DNA from: Octopus sinensis
Taxonomy: Eukaryota
DNA length: 64,000 nucleotides
Reading direction: 5' to 3'
Assembly (NCBI RefSeq): GCF_006345805.1
Contig: NC_043013.1
Location: 55,428,001 to 55,492,000, forward strand
Of the stretch, positions 24,191 through 37,292 are shown piece after piece. The notes beneath the pieces were generated by a model. The model did not search any database and had not been told where the DNA came from. It saw nothing but the letters and a program-made list of their open reading frames with translations. The stretch's first letter is position 1. Each line of letters begins with the position of its first letter. Position numbers and translations under genes: made by a program.

Positions 24191-26469
24191 TATATATATA
24201 TATACATATATATATATAAATTTAAAGAAAACAGAGCATAACATGCTTGCATATGTATGTCCATGGTTAAACATAGGCAATATACCAATAGTGCAATAGA
24301 TACTTCTATCCCTTAGATGGTTATTTTAACCTCAAACTCAGCTAACCTCATATGTATATATTTAAATATAGACAACAACAACAACAACAGAGGAGTGGGC
24401 GACCTGGTATTGCTACAATCATTTCATTAAGTGTTATTATTGTGATGAAAGCATAATAGAGTCAAGACTGTTGTATGCACAATGTCAATAACATTATGTT
24501 AGTCAACTCTCAACTCATCAGGCTCACCAAATGTAAAAGAAGCAGTGACTTGTTGATTAATCAAGAGATCAACAAGTGGAATTTCTCATCAGAATTGCCA
24601 ATATTTAAGAAATCTAAATTGGGTGGGACTACAATCTGTCAATCATGGAAGGGGGAAGGCAGGATGAAGTTGTAAATTAAAGAATAGTTAAAAGGCATTT
24701 CGTATTCGAAAGATGTCATTAAACATAGCAAGCTCATTCGTTAAGGCTAGCAGTGGCAGAATATGATTGCATAGCAGCAAATAGCAGGCATCAAACATGA
24801 CATTTGACCCTATCAAAATGTGTTCAAAGAAAGGCCACTGACTCTATTCCCAAAATAACCATTAACAGTCTTATGTTGTTTTGAAGTTAACCACATTAAA
24901 GGTTGGCATGGTTAATAAATTCCAGCATTACTTATTCACTCAATTAATCTTGATAAATTGCTCTGATTAATTATTACAAAACTAATAGATTATTAGATTT
25001 AATCAATGGATATTAGCAAATTATAATTCAAAGAGAATAACTTAAGGAAAATTGTATGTTAGTGAAGTTCCCTCGAAATTTCAGAGAAGGGAAGGGAAAG
25101 AAGCAACAGAAAGAGAATTGGTAAAGTCAAATGGACAGAATGGTCAATATATTGACAGAAAGGTGGTATTGGCATAAACAAGGAATAGTGTATCATAGAG
25201 TAATGACAGTCATCTAGGCAATAATTGGTGGTAACTTAAAGATTTACAGCTTTACAACTTTGCTCCTTTATATTAGTTAAATATCAAATTTACGGATGTT
25301 ATTTATTTAGCTGCAAAGAAGTTGGGTTGAAGGCCCAGAAAATAACAGAGAAGGGAAAAACAGAACTGATATTCCCAATAAAAAACCGATAACCATAGAC
25401 CTAACACTTCTGCTTATCCCATGTTGTTACAATATTATTTAGAACGAAGCAAATCAAAATAAAAAGCATGCATGTTCAGTAAATAGTTCAAACACTACTA
25501 CAATAATTAATTAAAATCTATTGGGAGTAATAAGAAAGTTGAAAGAGCTTATCAGAATTATAATGAATTATAAAGGTCATACATGCCAATTAATGCTAAA
25601 AGAATTCATAGAATTATAACGAATTATAAAGGATTTTGAAGTCCTTGATTAGGAGAATGATGCAAGCATTAATGTATTGGCTAAGGCTTCAAGTAAATTA
25701 GAAAAAAAAATTATTACATTGAATTCTATAAGATATCACTGAAGTAAAGTTATAGTCATCAGTATTTGTGATTAGAACAAACGGCAGGCAAAAACAGCTT
25801 AAATATGATCAGTTATAAGCATAACAGTATAGCGAGACGTAATGCTACCTAAAATTAATCAATAATCCTATTACTAGGGATAAGGTTTATATTGTAGGGT
25901 CACAGATATGTATCTAACAATCAGGGAAGACTTTATGGGGTCAGTTTAAAGTATAAGAAAGTTTTTCAGATAGAATGGAAACATTTATTTGATCCTTATT
26001 TCATCTGATCTATTAATAACTTTACCTGCACATCGTAAGATTTCTAACAATTCCAAATGGCAGAGATTTCAACCATATCTATTGTTTAGCAAATAGCTTA
26101 GCATGTCAAGTGAAGTTCCACATTCAATCAAAATCAATATTCTTTTCTCTTAAATTGCACTTAAGAGTGATGTTACTTTTGCTTTATCATAACTAGGTTG
26201 CACCTCTTCCATTTTTAAATCAAGTTCACATAATCATCTTCATACATTTAAAAGGAGAGATAACATGAAAACAATATCATGTACATATACATACACACAA
26301 GCAAAACTGAATGGCCTATTTGAGCCTTTTATTTTGCTTTTAACTTTTTTTAATGGTTTAACACTTAATAGAGTTCACTATCTGAAATCTGCCTGTTTGA
26401 ATTATGCAGCCAGAGAATTCACTACATATATATAATTGTTTTCTATAATACTTGTATAATAAATACTAT

Positions 26470-26695
26470 AATACTCTTTACTCTCTCTTTTACTCTTTTA
26501 CTTGTTTCAGTCATTTGACTGCAGCCATGCTGGAGCACCACCTTTAGTCGAGCAAATCGACCCCAGGACATATTCTTTGTAAGCCTAGTGCTTATTCTAT
26601 CGGTCTCTTTTGCTGAACCGCTAGGTGACGGGGACGTAAACACACCAGCATTAGTTGTCAAGCAATGCTAGGGGGACAAACACAGACACACAAAC

Positions 26696-26726
<31 letters not shown>

Positions 26727-26900
26727 CATATATACAACAGGCTTCTTTCAGTTTCCATCTACCAAATCCACTCACAAGGCATTGGTCGGCCTGGGGCTAT
26801 AGCAGAAGACACTTGCCCAAGATGCCACGCAGTGGGACTGAACCTGGAACCATGTGGTTGGTTAGCAAGCTACTTACCACACAACCACTCCTGCGCCTAT
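26470..26900 (-). mobile_element. SINE family B, near-intact copy
   Basis: Full head-to-tail match to the other family B copies. Confidence 0.88.
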
Positions 26901-27119
26901 ACATCTTTAATACATATTTAATACATATATAATATGTACTATAATATATTGCATACCATAAAATGCATATATAATATATACTTTTGATATTAGGATGTAT
27001 ATGACAAAAAACTGTTTTGGAGTCATAACAATCTGAACAACAAGCCAACTTCAGAATTCAATTCAATAAACCAATGTAGGGTTTAATTCAGAGCAGCTCA
27101 AATAAGTTATATATGATAT

Positions 27120-28011
27120 TACGAGGTGTATGCAAATAGTACCCGACTTTATTTTTTCCCACCAAAAATCATGCTGTGTGGACAAAATTCAGTTGGAAGT
27201 TGACACCACTCTCACTGCACACATGTGAAAATTTTCACACTGGAACAGCAAGTCACTCTCCAGCTGTTATACCCTGGGTACAGACATATAGCATGCACCA
27301 GTTGGATTTTTGTTTTCTCACAAGATGACCAAAAGCTTTGAGCAGAGACCATAAATCTATGTCTCACCAACAGTGATGATGGTCTTCATGAAGTCTGGTT
27401 CATGGTTTATGCAGTCCAGTATGTTCTGAATGTGGAGATGCTTCACTTTAGAGACAAATTCTGCTGACAGTTTCTGCATGCGCAAATTTTCTGTTAAAAT
27501 GAAATGCACCAATCCTGTACTTACCTCCACTTCTGGAGTAATTTACTTGTTTGTTACTCAATGGCTTTCCATAACTATTTGCTGAACCTTCTAAGTCAGC
27601 TCCTTGTTTCAGTTTGTGTATGGCCTGACTGAGCATGCCTCACTTTTCATTGAGGTGCAAAATGTCTGAAGTGGTCGTATCACTCCTTGATCTGAGTTTT
27701 GCCCATGGCATCATTGCCAAAGGCTTTCTGAACCCTCTGGATGTTTTGAGCTTGAGTATCACCAAGCTTTTGGCAACACTTGATGGAATGTCTCTGACTG
27801 ATATGTTCGGTGACAACAAAACTCCAACAGACATGTGCTACACCTTTCTTCTCTTGGTGTAACAACTGGGAACTGATCTGGTCTACTGGTGCAAACATTT
27901 TCATGCACACACACGTAGGGTGGCGTCGTCTCTCATTGAAAGAATTTTACCCATGTGGTATTCATCTTGGTAGAAAAAGATTAAGTTGATACTTTTCGAT
28001 TGCACCTCGTA
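27120..28011 (-). mobile_element. Rearranged mariner: N-terminal transposase half between two ~230-bp inverted copies of the 5' end
   Basis: TA-CGAGGTG termini at both ends. Minus strand reads IKCCQKLGDTQAQNIQRVQKAFGNDAMGKTQIKE and EPDFMKTIITVGET*, after which the inverted 5' end begins. Confidence 0.75.
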
Positions 28012-28779
28012 TCGGGTATTAAATAAAATTTGACTGGGAATAATTTCCCATAAATCTCCACATGATTTTCTTGCAAGAATTCACTGAATCAGTTTTCAAT
28101 TGCCTTTCTTAAAAAGCTGTGAAGCCTTACAATGTTTCCAAACACTGTACAACAAATCTTCAACAGCTACATTATTGGAAGAGAAAATCTAGCTTAGAAA
28201 TGCAAGAGAAAAGATGACATGGGTGGAGTTGAACCCATTGTCCTGGTAAATAAAGTACAGTAGATGTTTCACACATCTGATGATTCTAACATATCTAAAA
28301 CTATGTATCTATCTCCCTACCTACCTGCCTGCCTGTCTGTCTGTGTGCCTCTGTATATGTGTGTGTGTGTGTGTGTGTATGCATAGGCACGAGAATCATT
28401 TAAAAAAACATATGAAATTGTGATGACGCATGCGCAGTAACCTCTTATGCATTATCCCTGGTGGGAGTTCAGTGTTCATGACTAGACTGCAGTTATTAGA
28501 ATTACTACTTGGAAAATTCTGTATGTTCGAATATCCCCACAACTTCGTTTGCTATTTTTGTGATGTTAAGCCATTCGAAAATTTTCATTGTATCAAAAGG
28601 GTAACAATAATGTGAATGAGATGGGCTTAAGTTTTCACTCCACATAAACATAGAGAACATAATGGTATTTATGATGATGTTGTGTTTAGTAACAATTAAT
28701 AACTCTATTTAAAATATACCAACGCGCGTGCATGTGTGTGTGTTTGTGTGTGCGTGCATGTATATATATGTGTATATAT

Positions 28780-28920
28780 TGGCGTTAGGAAGGGCATCCA
28801 GCCGTAGAAACACTGCCAGATCTGACTGGGCCTGATGAAGCCTTCCAGCTTCAGAGACCCCAGTTGAACCGTCCAACCCATGCTAGCATGGAAAAGGACG
28901 CAAATGATGATGATGATTGA
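28780..28920 (+). mobile_element. RTE 3'-tail fragment inserted in a microsatellite
   Basis: GGCGTTAGGAAGGGCATCCAGCC...CCATGCTAGCATGGAAA and (GAT)n. Confidence 0.8.
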
Positions 28921-28931
28921 TGAGATATGTA

Positions 28932-28972
<41 letters not shown>

Positions 28973-29394
28973 TATATTATATATGATCTTAAATGTAAAC
29001 AAACCAGAGGCTGTTCAATTTTGGAGAAAAGTGACCACTTAGGTCTTTTTTTATGATACTGAATTTTAATCTTTCCTGTTTATTCCTCGTGTTCCTTTCG
29101 TTGAAGAGCATAGGCTTGAAAATAAAAACATTTCTTACCTCATGAGTATCAAACTAACACCTGCTTGTTGTTTATAACCTGTCTTCGTCTTCGTTTTTTC
29201 AGTAAATTTCAACTATATATATATTTATAGATTTATATATATATATAATAACCTACTTGGAAATGGATGCATGGCATTCAATCATATAATAGTATAAATA
29301 AAATATATATCTCTATTGCAATCAGACCTGGACACAATGCAGCAGTGGATCATGGACTGGCAACTCAAGCTGGCTGTGGACAAATATACCACCA

Positions 29395-30490
29395 TGCATT
29401 TTGGGAGGAAAAACCCAGCATCTACTTACTAAAATCTCAAAAAGTCTTCGTGTGAACGTGACCTGGGCGTTATTGTCAACAGTGATTTGCGTTGGACAAA
29501 ACACATTGCTTAAATTGCCAATAAGGCTGAGGGTGTCTTGGCATCACACACCAAGTCCTTTGTGAGCTGCTCTCTGACTATCTACCTGAGAGTTTATATA
29601 GCTATGGTACGACCTCGCCTGGAATTTGCATCACCAGTCTGGAACCCCTATCTTGCCCAGGATATTAATCATCTGGAAGCCGTTCAGCGACGTGCAATCA
29701 AGAGAATACCCTCCATCAGGCATTTGCCATATTCTGAACGCCTTACTTCCCTGGGCATGGATACATTGAAACTCCAACGTCTGGCAGCTGACTGCCACAT
29801 TGCTTAAATTGCCCAGAAGGCTGAGGGTGTCTTGGCATCACACCCAAGTCCTTTGTGAGCTGCTCTCTGACTATCTACCTGAGAGTTTTATATAGCTATG
29901 GTACGACCTCGCCTGGAATTTGCATCACCATTCTGGAACACCCTATCTTGCCCAGGATTTAATCATCTGGAAGCCGTTCAGCGACGTGCAATCAAGAGAA
30001 TACCCTCCATTAGGCATTTGCCATATTCTGAACGCCTTACTTCCCTGGGCATGGATACATTGACAACTCCGACGTCTGGCAGCTGACTGGCAGACACCCA
30101 TGAAATTATTAACCATCTTACAAACAATAACTCTGAGCACCTTTTCAAACTCCACCTGTCTACACCCGTGGATGTTTACAAAGTCAGAAAATAGCACAGC
30201 TTCCATGACTTTTGGAAACATTTTTTCACGCTAAGAGTTGCTGAAGCATGGAACAAACTGCCGGCATCAGTTGTTAGTTGTCGGAGCACTGCATCCTTCA
30301 AGACTTCCATGCTTCCTGAGATTCGCCAACACTACACCGGATTTTATCCCCTCCATACACACACAAGCATGTATCTGACTTATACACTGTTCACTTTCCA
30401 GACATTTGTACATTACTGCATATGCTTTATATGCACTTTCTGACAAGTTGTGGTGCACCTGAGCACTGTATATAATAATTTCCTTATTAT
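29395..30490 (+). mobile_element. CR1-clade LINE 3' fragment with an internal ~290-bp tandem duplication
   Basis: MVRPRLEFASPVWNPYLAQDINHLEAVQRRAIKRIP occurs twice (ORFs 29538 and 29898). It is followed by FFTLRVAEAWNKLPASVV and a 3' UTR. Confidence 0.88.
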
Positions 30491-30529
30491 TTATATATAT
30501 ATAGGCATATATATACATACTGACATATA

Positions 30530-31080
30530 CATGCGTATATGGGTACAGAACATCACAAAACGTAAACAACATGATATGTGCCTTCGAGAAAACTGTTGCT
30601 CCCACAAAACAAAATAAAATTAGGGATTTTGCAGAGGGTCAAAGCTGGTAACAAAAACAGGACAGTGAAACAAATAGTGAGGGCTGCTAAGCCAGATGGG
30701 GTAAGGCGGTGAACACTGAGGAATATTCTTTGACAGGAGAAAAAATAGGAGAGGAGACAAACAAGAATATGTCTGGTCTATGCAACAGACTGGCAGAAAA
30801 AGAAAGATGAACGCATGGGGAAAAAAAGGTGGACGATGGTCACGTGTGAGCAATGAGAGAGTAAAGGAGGAAGAGGGAGTGAGAGAGAGAGAGGGGGACA
30901 GACAGAAAACAGTGAAGGGGAGAAATAAAAGAATTTTTTCTTTCACTGTCCTGTTTTTGTTACCAACTTTGATCTCTGCAAAATCTCAAACTTTCTTTTG
31001 GTTTGTGGGAGCGACTGTTTTCTCAAAGGCACATATCATGTTCTTTACATTTTGTGTCGTCCTGTACTCATATATGCATA
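30530..31080. repeat. ~140-bp inverted repeat pair around a PLE-like body
   Basis: 30530-30670 is the reverse complement of 30941-31080 (roughly 85% identical by eye), with a 270-bp purine-rich spacer. Confidence 0.75.
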
Positions 31081-31167
31081 TATATATATACATATATATA
31101 TATATATGCATATATATATATATATATATATATACATACACATATATATGCATGTATATGTCAATAT

Positions 31168-33215
31168 GCACGATAAAGAGTGCCTGCCGAATGTCGACCC
31201 AACAGAGGCTATACGAGTTGACAGTTTCTTGGTAGTTAAAGCAATTAGAAGCATGAAGACAGAGAAAGCCCCAGGCTCATCAGGAATCACTGCAGAGATG
31301 CTCAAAATATCTGGTAGTGTCGGCTATAGCCTAGTCACCCATATAGTTAATCAGGTGATACACAAAGGAGTCATACCCAATGACTGGTGTAGCAGCATAA
31401 TAGTCAACTGCTACAATGGTAAAGGTGACACCCTAGATACAAATAACTACAGTGGTATCAAGCTGTTGGATCAGGTGAAGGTTATGAGATGGTCATAGCC
31501 CAACTAATTAAAGAGAGAGTTTGTTTAGATGAGATGCAGTTTGGGTTCGTGCCAGTGGTAAGGCAGCTGCAGGAGAAATACCTAGCCAAAGATAAGCCCC
31601 TGTACCTGGCTTTTGTTGACACGGAAAAAGCCTTCGACAGGGTTCCCCGATCCCCTATCTGGAGGTCAATGAGGAAACTAGGGATAGATGAATGGTTAGT
31701 GAGAGCTGTACGAGCCTTGTACAGGGACGCTGCTAGTAAGGTGAGGGTTGGCGACGAGTACAGTGAAGAATTCCGGGTAGAGGTAGGGGTCCACCAAGGT
31801 TCAGTTCTCATCCCCCTCCTATTTATCATAGTTCTCCAGGCAATAATGGAGCTCCTCTATGCTGATGACCTTGCTCTAATTGCTGAGTCACTATCAGAAC
31901 TGGAGGAGAAGTTTCAGGTGTGGAAGCAAGGATTAGAATCGAAGGGCCTTAGAGTCAACCTAGCTAAAACCAAAGTCCTAATAAGTAGGAAGGTTGACAA
32001 ATCACAAACACCTTCAGGTAGATGGCCCTGCTCGATCTGTAGAAAAGGCATAGGTAGAAACTCTATAAGATGCATCAAATGTAAGCTATGGACACGTAAG
32101 AGGTGCAGCAATGTCAAAGGAAGGCTAACTAAGAAAATAGTTTTTATATGTGGCAGATGCTCAGGAGCAATAAACACTGAAAATGTGTAGAGAACAACTT
32201 CCGCCACATTCCAGGGAGAAAAACTAGAAATAGTTTATAGCTTCCATTACCTAGGTGACCAAGTCAGTAGCGGGGGTGGGTGTGCTAAAAGTGTAACTGC
32301 TAGAGTAAGAATAGCCTGGGCAAAGTTCAGAGAGCTCTTACCTCTGCTGGTGACAAAAGGCCTCTCGCTCAGAGTAAAAGGCAGACTGTATGACGCATGT
32401 ATACGAACAGCCATGTTACACGGCAGTGAAACATGGGCCGTGACTGCTGAGGATATGTGTAAGCTCGCGAGAAATGAAGCCAGTATGCTCCGATGGATGT
32501 GTAATGTCAGTGTGCATACTCAATAGAGTGTAACTACCTTGAGAGAAAAGTTGGACCTAAGAAGCATCAGTTGTGGTGTGCAAGAGAGACACTTGCACTG
32601 GTATGGTCATGTGGCAAGAATGGATGAAGATAGTTGAGTGAAAAAGTGCCACACCCTAGCGGTTGAGGGATCCTGTGGAAGAGGTAGATCCAGGAAAACC
32701 TGGGATGAGGTGGTGAAGCACGGACTTCGAACTTTAGGTCTCACTGAGGAAATGACGAGAGACCGAGACCTTTGGAAGTATGATGTCTGTGAAAAGACCT
32801 GACAGGACTAGTGAGACCATAACCCATGGCCTCAGTCTACTTATGCATACCTTTCCTTCTTGGGACACAAAACTCGACTTGTGAAGACCTGTTGAGGCAA
32901 GTGAGAATCAGAATCAAAATGGAAATCAATCAACATCAACGGAAAATGTAGCAGTGATACCAGTGTCGGTGGCACATAAGAGAACCATCCGAATGTGGCC
33001 ATTGCCAGTGCTGCCCCGACTGGCCTCTGTGCCGGTGGCATGTAAAAGACACCCACTACACTCACGGAGTGGTTGGCGTTAGGAAGGGCATCCAGTTGTA
33101 GAAACATTGCCAGATCAGACTGGGCCTGGTGCAGCCTTCTGACTTCCCAGACCCCAGTTGAACCGTCCAACCCATGCTAGCTTCGAAAGCAGACGCTAAA
33201 CGATGATAATGGTGA
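31168..33215 (+). mobile_element. 5'-truncated RTE-clade LINE: RT domain, PHD-like Cys cluster, C-terminal domain, 3' UTR, (GAT)n tail
   Basis: KAPGSSGITAEMLK, AFVDTEKAFDRVPR, GVHQGSVL, LLYADDLALIAES, CSIC...CIKC...WTRKRC...CGRC, YLGDQ, MLHGSETW, WYGHV. Small deletions, a frameshift and stops are present. Confidence 0.92.
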
Positions 33216-33231
33216 TTATATATGATATATA

Positions 33232-33278
<47 letters not shown>

Positions 33279-33305
33279 ATATGATATATATGATATATAT
33301 CTATA

Positions 33306-33344
<39 letters not shown>

Positions 33345-33779
33345 ATATATACATATAGATATTCATACCACACATATTAAAATTTCTTGGTAGAATTTAG
33401 ACAGCAATTTTTCATTTCTTTATAAACGCATGTCCTCTTAACACAATTGCATTTCATCTTAGAGCTCTATTTTACATTTTCCACAGTTGGTGTTTGAGGT
33501 TTTTTTCATGTTGCCTGTCTTGCCAGCATTTTGTTAAGAATTAATATTTCATTGTTTTTAACAAAGGTAAATATACTTTTAGCACTTTTCTTTCAACAAA
33601 ATAAAATCACATACATTGCTTATTAAATGTTGTTAAATTTGTTGGACAAATCTGACATTCAAAACCCCTTAACTGTGTTTCACAAAAAATTCATGATGAT
33701 TGGGGAGGTAGTGGGGGTTAGCAACGACTAATTTGCAGAGGTTTTAATGAAGCACATCAACTTAACTATCCTTAAAATT

Positions 33780-35620
33780 TCAAAAATAGTTGACTCGACT
33801 TCCTCATCAAAATAATGTAGACTATTTAGACACTATTAAAGCACCAGAGCTCTCAATGGTTATTCCAGAAGACAAATACATTCCTATGACTGGTAACCAA
33901 ACATGCAATCATCTCGAAGAAGCTAGATGCAAATTTGGAAACAGTACAACTGCAAAAGTTGCCTGACACTGCATAAAATGTGTGTTTCTGATGAATCATG
34001 CCTTCAAACAATCAAGTCGATGCATCTAAATTATGACCCACTGCAGTCCCCATTGCTATTTTCATTTGCTGATATGGGATGAAGAGTCAACTTCAACTTT
34101 TGATGTTGAAGGTAAGAGTCAAAAATATCACAAATGAAGTTTAACAAATCCAGGATCATGGTTTAAGTACATAATTTCCATTTCCTTGACTACTCAGGTC
34201 GTTTAGTTCAGAAATATTACAGTCATATGTATTCCAAAATTGAAGAAGCAAGGTTACAGTGGATTTGACCTAATCAAAAAAACATATGAAGACAAAAGTG
34301 TATCAAAATATTCATGATTGCACATATTGCTGTCGCTTAAACATTAGCAAAAGAGTAATCATGCCTCCAGCATTCATAGGACGCCCATCCAACAACCATG
34401 GATGAAGAAACTATATCATCACTTGATGGCAATTGTTAAAAAGTTAGGAAAACCAACTTTCCTTATGACCTTCTTCACCTGTAATCCCCAATGGAAAGAA
34501 ATCACAGATGAATATTATCCAAGACTGACATGACCAGACTTAACTGATAGAGTATCTAATATGAAACTTAGGGATCTCTGATATGACATTTTGGAGAAGA
34601 ACGTTTTTGGAAAGATTGCAAAGTACATAGAGTTTCAAAAGCATTGACTACTCCATTGTTGTGTATTGTTCATATTAAATAAAGAATATAAGTTAGATCC
34701 ACAACATTATGATACGTTTGCATATGCAGAACTTCCAAATCCATAAACACAACTGATTCTATTTCAACATGTTGCCAAAAGCATGCTACATGGTCCATGT
34801 GGGTGAGATAAACCCAATGCAACATGTATGATTGATGGTAAATATAAAAAAACAATTCCTTAAAGACTCTCAGGAAAATACATCACACATTTGTAATGGC
34901 TTCTTGTTTTCACTTTCATAAATTTCACACTTGCAATAATACTGAACAAAGTGACATTTCAGAAAACATAATGCACTCGCAATAAAATGTCTCTACTTTG
35001 TTTCAGAAAAGGAATGAGAGTAATTCTGTATGAGAGCTTTATTGCATCGTATTCCTGGAGTTACATAATTTGAAGATATGAGAACAATTAATGGAGTCGT
35101 TTGCCAAACAAACTTACAAAGACGCTGCAATGAAACTGGGCTCAGCATATGATAACTGTGAATACAATCGAACTATGGAGTTTGCAAATGTTCCAGCCTC
35201 TCCCGATTGAACAAACCTATTTACAGCATTTGAAAATCAACTTTAAGAAGATCAAATGAGTGCTTTAGGAGTGGAAGATATCAAGGATAACATACAACAA
35301 TATTCATTACAAAAATTTGAACTTATTCTGAGAGAAAATAGTTCAACATTAAACAATTTCTCCCCCATAAGCACTCCAAGCATGAATACTTTGAACATCA
35401 GAACAGGAAATCCATTCAATCTCAAGATCTTAGAAATTTTCCACAGATTAAACAAGAGAGTTTCTTTGATGAAAATGTCAAAAATTAAATTGTGGTCATC
35501 AAGCAGCATTGCAGATTACTAAAGAGGCAATTCACAATTCACAAGCAGATACACACAATCACAAGCTTCTCACTGCTAATATTTTGTTTATTGACAGGTC
35601 AATCAATACATTGTTAAAAG
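33780..35620 (+). mobile_element. Helitron Rep/helicase relic
   Basis: Degraded NYDPLQ.PLLF, VIMPPAFIG (34355), FTCNPQWKEITDE (34474), IEFQKH*LLH, MLHGPCG (34783) and PGVT*FEDMRTING, in Helitron Rep order. Confidence 0.8.
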
Positions 35621-36339
35621 TATAGTCAACAACAAACTTCTACTAAACAATGGACAGGATTACAGATATTTTCAGTCTAAATGTTCTTCATTCATTGTCC
35701 ATTTATTAATGCATTTATGTTTCTGTTCATTAAAATATTAACAACTTCATGAAGTATCAAAGCTGATATAATCAGGTAAGGTACCCTTGGGTACCCATGA
35801 ATACATATCACTCACCGTTTAGAAAATCACTTCATGCTTCTTTCACTTCTACAAAGTAACTATTAAAGGATATTTTTCTCCCTCCATTCCACCAGTCATG
35901 AAGGCCCTATAAAGTGTCATAAGCATTGCTTTCCCTTCTCATTAAAAAGATAAACTACAACAACGAACATATCAACATCAGCTTCATTACCAGAAATCAA
36001 TAGCATAGAACAGAGGATTACATTAACAACAGGAAACCTTCCTGATAGACTTTGAAAGTAAATATTCCCCATTCATTATTAATTAATGTATTAATGTGAT
36101 TTCCCTGCTCTGTTTGGAAATTTCAACTTCCCCACTTACATTGGAAACGTTCCCTTCCTTTCAGCTGCTGAGAAATAATAATGAGGATAAAAAAAGAAAC
36201 AGAGTGGTTGTATGGTAAGACATTTGCTTCTCAAACACATGGTTCCACACTTGGTTTATAACTGCTGGCTTTGTGAGTGGATTTAGTAGAAGGAAACTGA
36301 AAGAAACCCATCATGCATATATATATATATATATATATA

Positions 36340-36560
36340 TAAGTTAATCCAAACATGAAAACACAAAGAGAAAACACAACAACGCAAGGACGTGAAACAA
36401 GTATAGTGTTATTGGACGCTCAAGAAAGGAAAGAAAGGAGGAGAATTTAACGTTTCGAGCAGAGCTCTTCGTCAGAAACATAGGAAAAGGAAAGATCCAA
36501 GGAAGGGAAGATGGAGGAAAAAAAAATTGCCAACGATACACACGTGGTCACATTTTGAAC
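36340..36560 (-). mobile_element. PLE-type short repeat carrying an intact minimal hammerhead motif (36446-36478)
   Basis: Minus strand: UUU-CUGACGA-A-GAGC-UCU-GCUC-GAAAC-GUU-AAA, with a perfect 4-bp stem II and intact core. Confidence 0.7.
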
Positions 36561-36664
36561 ATATATATATATATATTTATATATATATATATATATAACG
36601 AATGGTTTACACCTGGTAGCTTACTGTTAAAGCATGGTCACTTTCAGAGTGATCGTTGTGTAAA

Positions 36665-37195
36665 TAGCAAATGGAAGACAGAAGATGGAACATACGAGAA
36701 TATGTTATTAATCACAACAATTGTTTCAACAATTTCTCTTGGGTGGGAAACTCAACAACTGTTTCAGGAGCATCCGGTGATGCAGATGTATCTCGTCGGG
36801 TGATAAATAAATAAAAACTCATTAAAATGACTGTTCCACAATGTAACTTACTGCTTTGTAGAGAGAAACACACCCAGGGCATTTATACAGTCATATCGGT
36901 TAAGTTATTTTCAATATTTTGCTTGATGGATTACGCATTCGTTTCTCTTTTTGTCTTCTGTAATTTTATTTTTGATCTTCTATATTTATGAAGATTTTTC
37001 CTCTGCCTGGCTGTCTTTGCTTTTTACAAAACAGTAAGTTACATTGTGGAACAGTCATTTTAATGAGTTTTTATTTACTTATCACCTGACGAGATACATC
37101 TGCACCGCCGGAATCGATGCTAGATGCATTTAAACAATTGTCGTGAAAATGATAAATTCTCGTATATTCCATCTTCTGTCTTTCATTTGTTATAT
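36665..37195. repeat. Inverted repeat pair (36665-36860 / 37025-37195), each arm with a mutated type I hammerhead-like motif
   Basis: Near identity over about 80 bp plus matching outer segments. Plus arm: UCAC-CUGACGA-G...UAAAC-AAUU-GUC-GUGA (37082-37146, GAAAC changed to UAAAC). Minus arm has CCGACGA in place of CUGACGA. Confidence 0.7.
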
Positions 37196-37292
37196 ATATA
37201 TATGTGTGTGTGTGTGTATATATATCATGCTAGCATGGAAAGCGGACGTTAAACGATGATGATATATATATATATATATATGTGTGTGTGAA

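Noticed and set aside
28427-28436. NRF1-like CGCATGCGCA promoter motif
   Set aside because: A single short motif with no supporting CpG island or exon.
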